Shown piece by piece: positions 53,086-64,000 of a stretch of DNA of 64,000 nt. Under the pieces are notes generated by a model, which saw nothing but the letters and a program-made list of their open reading frames with translations, had not been told where the DNA came from and did no database searches. Made by a program: the position numbers and the translations under genes. Source of the stretch: the human T2T-CHM13v2.0 reference genome, Homo sapiens. Location: assembly GCF_009914755.1 (NCBI RefSeq), contig NC_060936.1; one strand, given 5' to 3'. Position 1 is the first letter of the stretch; each line of letters starts with the position of its first letter.

Positions 53086-54016
53086 TATTTCCTGATCTTT
53101 GGTGGGAACTTTGTTTTTCTGCTTGAAGTGGTTCTTTCAAAACTTGCAAATTTTTTTCTACTCCCATACCAGGGACATACCCCATTTCATGCATCATATA
53201 TTGACTTTGAGGGCTATATAATTGTTCTGGAATTAGAACTTGTGCTCCCCATTGTTGTAATAAATCTCTTCCCCATAAATTTATAGGTACAGAAGTTATA
53301 ATTGGTTGAATAGTCCCAGGTTGTCCATTGGACCCTTCACAATGCAAAATATAACTACTTTGATATACTTCAGTGACTTTACCAATTCCACCTATGTTAA
53401 ATTGAGCGGGTTGAATTGGCCACGCAGACAGCCAGTGCTGTAGAGAAATGATTGAAATGTCCGTTCCTGTATCTACCAAACCTTTAAATTTATTTCCCTG
53501 AATAGTTATTTCACAGGTAGGATGTTTATCAATTTGATTTACCCAATAAACTGCTTTGCCTTGTTTATTTGTGCTTCCAAATCCTCCTGTTCGTTTAATT
53601 TCACTTTTTCCCATTCCCACATATGGCACAATCAGGAGCTGTGCTATGCACTCTCCTGGCTCTGTTTTCCAGGCAACAGAAGTAGATATAATAATTTGAA
53701 TTTCCCCATTATAATCTGAATCAATGACTCCTGTATGTATTTGTACGCCTTTTAAACTTAAACTAGACCTTCCTAAAAGTAATCCTATTGTCCCTGCTGG
53801 CAAGGGTCCACAGACTCCTGTTGGGACCTTTGGCGGGGGTTCCCCAGGCAGAAGGCTCACAGTTTTTGTGCAGCATAAACCTACTGTGGCACTACTGGCT
53901 GTGGCGGGGGACAGACATTGTACGGGGTGAGGGAATGGCCTGAGCTGGAAATGCCCTGGTTTAGAACAGGGCCCAGGACGGGCCCCTGATGGCATTTCCC
54001 AAAATCGGGTTCCCAT
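53078..54016 (-). pseudogene. HML-3 pro frame still open: dUTPase-protease-G-patch
   Basis: GRSS, GVIDSDYNGEI and RTGGFGST (dUTPase); LVDTGTDISII and NLWGRDLL (aspartic protease); MMHEMGYVPGMG (G-patch). Confidence 0.88.
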
Positions 54017-55257
54017 CTTTATCAAACTTAGAGTGACAGTGAGGAGCCCAATGTTTTCCTTTTTTATACTTTGGACATATTTCAGGCTCAGCAATTTTCT
54101 TTTTTCCCCTATCTGGCAGCCTGACTTGCTGATTTTTTTCTACATTCTTTTTCAGTATGACCATGCTTCCCACAGTTAAAATAAGCTCCAGGAAATGGAG
54201 TATTTCTTTTATCCACTCTCAGTTCTGCCATTGCCTGTGCCAACAAAGTAGCTTTATGCAGATTACCTCCGATACCATCACAGGCCTTGATATAATCAAC
54301 TAAATGTGCTTTCCCTCTAATAGGTCACAGAGCAGCCTGCCAATCAGGATTAGCATTGTCGAAAGCTAATAACTGCAACACTATATCCTGAGCAGCCGAA
54401 TCTGCAATCATCTTTTTAAGAGACTCCTGTAACTGAGCTATACAATCAACATATGGTTCTCTTGGTTCCCGTTTTATAGCACTAAAGGAAGGGTATTTTT
54501 CTCCATGTGAAGTGATTTTTTCCCAAGCTCTAATGCACACTCTGCTAAACTGTTCTATGGCATCATCCTGCATGACCACTTGTGCATCTAAACCAGCCCA
54601 GCTGCCAACCCCCGAAAGTTGAGGTTGGGCCTGGACATTGCAAGCAGCCTGAATGGAAGCTTTATCTGCCCACCAAGTTTTAAATTGTAAGAACTGAGCA
54701 GGAGTTAGACAAGCTCGAGTAAGAGTGTCCCAGTCAGTAGGTATCATCCAACTGGAAACAGCAACATTCTTTAACAGTCCCATTACAAAAGGAGAACCTG
54801 GTCCATACTGATTTATAGCTTGTTTAAATTCTTTGAGTAATTTAAAAGGAAAAGGCTCAAATGTAGCTGTAATATTTCCCTGTTGATCTGGGGGGTGTGT
54901 TCTAACAGGAAACTGCCAAGCCTCTAAATCACCCTCTTGTCTAGCTTGCTGAATTCCTGCCTGAATAGAACTAAGAGTGGTCACTCAAGGCGCTGCTCGA
55001 ACAGTCACTGGGGCAACTACTTTTCACCCAATGTCCTCCGGAAAAGAAGGATCCGGAGGGTCTTTTTCTTCAAAATAATAATGAGGGGGTGCAGAAGGGT
55101 AGGGATGAACCTCTCCCTCCTTTGCCACTTTAGCTTTAGCTAGAAAATAAACATGCTCTGTAACCACTTCTGTTACTTCTCTATACTCTCCTTCCTCCTC
55201 CTCATCAGTGTGAAAAAGTTCCAAGGTGGAATGAACCAGACCCCAAACTTGTCCCAT
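53881..55257 (-). pseudogene. HML-3 gag, disrupted (matrix largely deleted, frameshifts and stops)
   Basis: MGQ start at 55257; capsid fragments (FEPFPFKLLKEFKQAINQYGPGSPF, MHR-like IKREPREPYVDCIAQL); degenerate zinc knuckle [15 protein letters not shown]; several frames. Confidence 0.88.
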
Positions 55258-55384
55258 TGTTACCCTGACGCTTCCAAGCTCCCCTTCTTGGTCACCATGG
55301 GGATTGCTTTAAGAGTACTCAGGTGTCCTCCAGCTAGTTTTCCATTCCAACTGTCGCTCTGGCGACCTTCGACTTGGATGCGAG

Positions 55385-55402
55385 GCCCCACGTTGGGCGC
55401 CA
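55385..55402 (-). promoter_or_regulatory. Primer-binding site for tRNA-Lys
   Basis: Minus strand TGGCGCCCAACGTGGGGC, 2 nt after the 5' LTR. Confidence 0.92.
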
Positions 55403-55404
55403 CT

Positions 55405-56461
<1,057 letters not shown>

Positions 56462-56732
56462 TAGCCAGGATGGTCTTGATCTCCTGACCTTGTGATCCAC
56501 CCGCCTCGGCCTCCCAAAGTGCTGGGATTACAGGTGTGAGCCATTGTGCCTGGCCGAGATTTGATAAATATTGCATTGATTTTTACTGATTAAGTTTTAA
56601 AGTACTGATACCTTCATGATATTGAGTCTTCTAGAAATGGGTAATTATTCATTTAGGTTTCTTTTTCTGTTTGTTTTTCAGCTAGGTCTTCTTTCAGATC
56701 AGTTACTGTTAGAGGTTTTTTTTTTCATATAG

Positions 56733-57052
<320 letters not shown>

Positions 57053-58129
57053 TGATCTGCCCGCTTCAGCCTCCCAAAGTGCTGGGATTACAGGCATGAG
57101 CCACCATGCCCGGCCGATTTCACCTTTCAATGGCAATTACTATAAGACAGGAAAGTTATTTATTTTTATATATTTACCTAATTTTAAGTTACCTTATACA
57201 ACCCTCATTAATAGTCTGTTAGAACTAGAATTTAAACTCTATGTGAATATGGACCTTATTTAAACAATGTATCCCTAGCACCTAGACAATGCCTAACCTG
57301 TCACATTAACTTAATATATATTTTATTTATATTTTTTGTTTATTTATTTTTTTTTGAGACAGACTCTTGCTCTGTCACCCAGGCTGGAGTGTAGTGGTGC
57401 GATCCTGGCTCACTGCAATCTCTGCCTCCCAGGTTCAAGCAGTTCTCTGTCTCAGCTTCCCAAGTAGTTGGGATTACAGACACCCGCCACCACGCCCAGC
57501 TAATTTTTGTATTTTTAGTAGAGATGGGGTTTTTACCATGTTGGCCAGGCTGGTCTTGAACTCCTGACCTTGTGATCTGCCCGCCTTGGCCTCCTAAAGT
57601 GCTGGGATTACAGGTTTGAGCCACTGAGCCCAGCCATTAATATTTATTTTAATGAATGAATAATGTTATTTTAGTTGATTCTGTTGCATTTTCTGGGTAG
57701 ACAATTTTTCCAAATTTTCAACTATTGTAATCATGAGACTTGGTAGATTGCTCTAAAATTCATGTTCTGAAGTACCCTTTCTCCTATGTATACATCAATA
57801 TTAGATAAAATAGAAAAAGGTAAACTTACAAAGCTATGACATGCAGAAACAAGAACTATTTCTTTGTATTTAAAACAGTGTTTAGAGGCTGGGCAGAGTG
57901 GTTCATATTTGTAATCCTAGCACCTTGAGAGGCCAAGGTGGGAGGATTGCTTAAGCCCAAGAGTTTGAGAACAGCTTGGGCAACATAGGGAGACCCCTGT
58001 CCCCACAAAAAGTAAAAACATTAGTCAGGCTTGAGTCCGGGAGGTTGAGGCTGCAGTGAGCTATGATTGTGCCACTGCACTGAAGACTGGCTGACAGTGA
58101 GACTCTGTCTCTAAAGGAAAAAAAATGCT

Positions 58130-59626
<1,497 letters not shown>

Positions 59627-60327
59627 TTAATTTTTAAAAGTTTTTCTCCAAAAGCATGAGCCACCACACCTGGCCTCGGAGAAAAATTTAATGTTAAACT
59701 TTTAAAATAGTCACAGAAAGAATAGCAGTATAATCTGTACCTTCCAAACCAGAAGAACAAAGAAGTACTATCTAACACTTTACTAATTCAACAATAGGAG
59801 AAAAAGGGGGGGAAGAAAGCAAAGACAGAGATTGATAAACAGAAAACATTTAACAAGAATGAAGAAATAAGTCCTAATATATCAGTAATTATATTAAATG
59901 AACTTAAATGGATTTAATTAATTTGTTACAACCAGAGTCACAGACAAAAGTTGAAAATAAAAGACTAAAAAAAGTCAGCAAGTAGTAATTAAAAAGGCTG
60001 GTACAACAATAATATCTAGACAAAAAGATTAAGGTAAAGAATAAATAATTAGAAATAAAGAGAATATAAGGAATAATCTAGCAAAAAGGTAGAATAATTT
60101 GGTGGAAGAATGCAGTAAAGGCTGGATGAGGTGGCTTATGCCTGTAATCCCAGCACTTTGAGAGGCTGAGGTAGGAGGATCTCTCAAGTTTGTTCTAAGC
60201 TTCTATAATTTTAAATAAATGTTTTACTTTAGAATGGTTTTAAATTTACTGAAAAGTTGCAAAGATAGTACAGATAATTCCTGTGTATGCTTCATCCAGT
60301 TTTTCCTTTTTTTTTTTTTTTTTTTGA

Positions 60328-60609
<282 letters not shown>

Positions 60610-60612
60610 TGA

Positions 60613-60906
<294 letters not shown>

Positions 60907-61013
60907 TAGCCTTGGACCCTCTTCATATTAAATTAAAATTAATGTTTTTGGAACACCTATTAGGCCACAGAGTGAGGAGGATGAGTTAAAGTTCCCTCCT
61001 TGTAAGTAGTTAG

Positions 61014-61172
<159 letters not shown>

Positions 61173-61175
61173 TGA

Positions 61176-61551
<376 letters not shown>

Positions 61552-62093
61552 TGAGCCACCGCGCCCGGTCGGCTAGCCTGGTACTCTTAACCTCAGGTGA
61601 TCCACCAGCCTCAGCCTCCCAAAGTGCTAGGATTACAGGCGAGAGCCACCGCGCCTGTCTTTTTAAAAGCTAAAACTGAAACGGAAACAGAGCTCCTGGC
61701 AGATAGGACCAGGAGCCACAGCGAAGGAGGTGGCCTGTGATTAGGTTTTTATAAATGGGCAGGTATTAATCAGGGAAAATGGAGTAAAGGACACGATAGA
61801 CATACATTGCTAAGTCTAGTATTGGAAAAAGTAAGGCCTGGGACCCCTAAAAACTTGCTCGAGAGTGAAAGGTAAATGCTATGTGTCCACACTACTGTGG
61901 TAAAGCCGACAGTCCATACCATGAGCCCATTTCGCGCAGGGAAATTCGAGTGGTGGGCTTGGGCCCGTCGTTCTGGTAGCTTCCCAGTAGAGGGCGCCGT
62001 AAGCATATGCGTCTTCAGCCTGACTGGGCTGGAGAGGCAGTGCGTCCTCCTGGCCGGGGGGCGGGGGCCGTCGCGCTCACGTGACCTTTGCTC

Positions 62094-62156
62094 ATGGCGG
62101 CGGCGGCGGCGGCGGCGGTGCTGGTGGTGCTCGGCGGCCGGAGCCGGATCCTGTAG
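62094..62156 (+). other. AUG-initiated uORF (20 aa, MAAAAAAAVLVVLGGRSRIL*) across the CGG repeat
   Basis: ATG 62094-62096, (GCG)7, TAG 62154-62156; translation is not demonstrated. Confidence 0.6.
62098..62118 (+). repeat. (CGG)7 in the DIP2B 5'UTR, the FRA12A repeat, normal-size allele
   Basis: Seven uninterrupted CGG units within the CpG island upstream of the DIP2B ATG. Confidence 0.93.
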
Positions 62157-62234
62157 CCGGGTGTGGGCCCGTGTCTGTCCGTCCCTCCTTCGGCCCCCTC
62201 TCTTGTCTTCCGGAGTGTGGCTGGCGGAGCTGGG

Positions 62235-62334
62235 ATGGCGGAACGAGGCCTGGAGCCGTCGCCGGCCGCGGTGGCGGCGCTGCCGCCTGAAGTGCGGGCG
62301 CAGCTGGCGGAGCTGGAGCTGGAGCTCTCGGAGG
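62235..62334 (+). CDS. DIP2B: DIP2B first coding exon (start of DMAP1-binding domain), 100 nt
   Basis: gggATGG Kozak context; MAERGLEPSPAAVAALPPEVRAQLAELELELSE(G); donor G|gtagga. Confidence 0.95.
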
Positions 62335-64000
62335 GTAGGAGCCGGGCCGGGGAGAGGGCGCCCGGGGCCCTGCGGATCGCGGCGACTTGGGAGACAGGTC
62401 CCCGCCGCGCGCTCTGGCGGCCGTGCGGCGAGGGGGACGAGGGTGTAGAGAACCTGGCCTGGCACTCCACGACCGTTTTCCCTCCTCTCCCACCCCATTA
62501 AGTGGTTTCCTGTGGCTTTCATTGTTTTCCCATGGAGGGGACTAAGTAAGGGCTTGTGGAAGGGTCCTCCCGGGCCCACACTGCTTCTGCGCTTCCTGCC
62601 CCCCAAAACCCGAGACAAAGCTGCGCCCTCCCGCTTCTGCCCAGGCGTCTGGCCCAGGTGGGGTGAGGGGTAGGGCTGCGAGGAGGGTGGCTGACAGCTT
62701 TCTCCTTTCCTCTCCCCTTTTCGTGGAGGGCTCCACGCCTTGTTCCAGCCCCCCCTTCCCCCTTTCAAAAAGAGACACATGGGAAATCCGCAGCATCATT
62801 TCTTCTCTTTCCTTTAACAATGCGCGATGCCTCCCCAGTGACAGGAGTGAGACACAAGCGGGTGAGCCATTTAGGGTCCTAGGAAGATAAGAAGCAATGG
62901 CATTAACCCAGAGAGACACACGGTGCTGCTTTTAGACCACCTTTGTCATAAGAAGTTTTTTTTTTTCCTGGTGCCTGTTATTCGGGCCGAATTTTCCGCA
63001 TCTGGTCACCTTTTGGAGTCTTTGATGAAGGAAGGAGAGGAGGCTACCGTTTACTTGCAAATCCTGGCTGGCATTCTTTCTTTTGACAATGGATTGGGAC
63101 AGGGAGGGTTCGATTTATTTTCAGAATTAAAAAAAAAAAATGGGATAAATCAAGCCACTGTTATTAGAGAACTCCTTGTACAACAATGAGAGAAACACAG
63201 TGCTCCGTTGTGGGCATGTGATCAGGCTTCTGGGGCAGTTGTGATCAGTTCTGTGTAAAGTTCCTGTTTTTATCACTGGCTGCCCCTGAGACAAAAGCAG
63301 CATTTTCTCCAAGCTTGATACCAGTACTTTGATTGTGTCTCCAGAGTTGCATATTCTTACTGAGTTCCTTGTGGAAGGCCCTCTTCACTAGCATTTTTCA
63401 AGTGGATCAAAAACTCTTGATTGGAAAAGAAGAATGTGACCAACTCCCAGGAGCTTATTAAACATTACTTATTGTTTACTTATTAAGGCATTATGGTTCC
63501 CTCCCCTCTGAGAATCCTTTACAATGAAAAACCAAAAATAGAGTTGAATGTTATAAATCCTGTTGGGCACTGAAGGAAATAATTATTTTTAATAACCCTT
63601 TTAATAACCCAATGTGTAGGAAAGTGCTGTTTTTACCTGTACTTAACTATCAACATGTTATTTTTCAATTAATCCAATTTTCAAGTTATTCTTCGGCCAG
63701 TGTCCCGGGAATCACTGGTATTAGATTAGTTTGTTTCTGTGAAGTGTTTAAGAAGATAGGAATCCTCTGGGTTTGTCTGCCCAGTTATACCTTAAGTTCC
63801 CCCCGCTTCGAAAATCGAGGGGCTTTTTGCATTACCATCAATTCTGTCTCTCAAGATAACTCATTCTTCTCCTAGACTAAAGCATTGACATTAAATCTGT
63901 GTTGACTTGCATTAAAATCTGACTTTTAAAACTGCTATTTGAAAGTAACAAATCATCTAGCTTTGATTAGAGAGAGGTTTGCCTGGATGCTTGCGTCAGA

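Larger units (their letters stand above)
61900..62760. promoter_or_regulatory. DIP2B CpG island / TATA-less promoter
   Basis: High GC and CpG density; E2F-like TTTCGCGC 61930-61937, CTCF-like CCAGTAGAGGGCGC 61984-61997, GC box GGGGCGGGG 62058-62066, E-box TCACGTGAC 62077-62085; boundaries approximate. Confidence 0.85.

Noticed and set aside
55385-55402. tRNA-Lys-like 18-mer
   Set aside because: It is the retroviral primer-binding site, not a tRNA gene
61876-62448. 190-aa plus-strand Arg/Trp-rich ORF across the promoter
   Set aside because: Starts well upstream of the probable TSS, has low-complexity GC-driven composition and runs through the exon 1 donor

Overview
This is human-type (primate) genomic DNA that I recognise as the LARP4-DIP2B region (12q13). 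It is very Alu-rich, with old L1, L2, MIR, DNA-transposon and MaLR fragments; it is not prokaryotic and has no CRISPR array. (1) The last eight coding exons of LARP4 lie on the + strand (10545-32946, about 456 codons, all GT-AG and phase-consistent), followed by a roughly 4.1 kb repeat-free AU-rich 3'UTR ending near 37090. (2) An intronic long box C/D RNA (13656-13873) has a D-box guide complementary to the elongator tRNA-Met anticodon loop, targeting wobble C34; this is SNORD133/SCARNA97. (3) A 3'-truncated U3 retrocopy lies at 45572-45645 (-). (4) A roughly 7.0 kb two-LTR HERV-K(HML-3)/MER9 provirus (48963-55924, -) is inserted into an Alu with a 6-bp TSD; it is defective, but the dUTPase-protease-G-patch frame is still open. 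(5) The DIP2B CpG-island promoter, 5'UTR (CGG)7 repeat (FRA12A) and coding exon 1 (62235-62334) follow. Best leads: an AUG directly abutting the CGG repeat opens a poly-Ala uORF in frame with DIP2B and separated from it by a single TAG, and there are splice-site-like signals inside the tRNA-guide snoRNA. Gene names come from recognition of the translated sequence, not from a database search.
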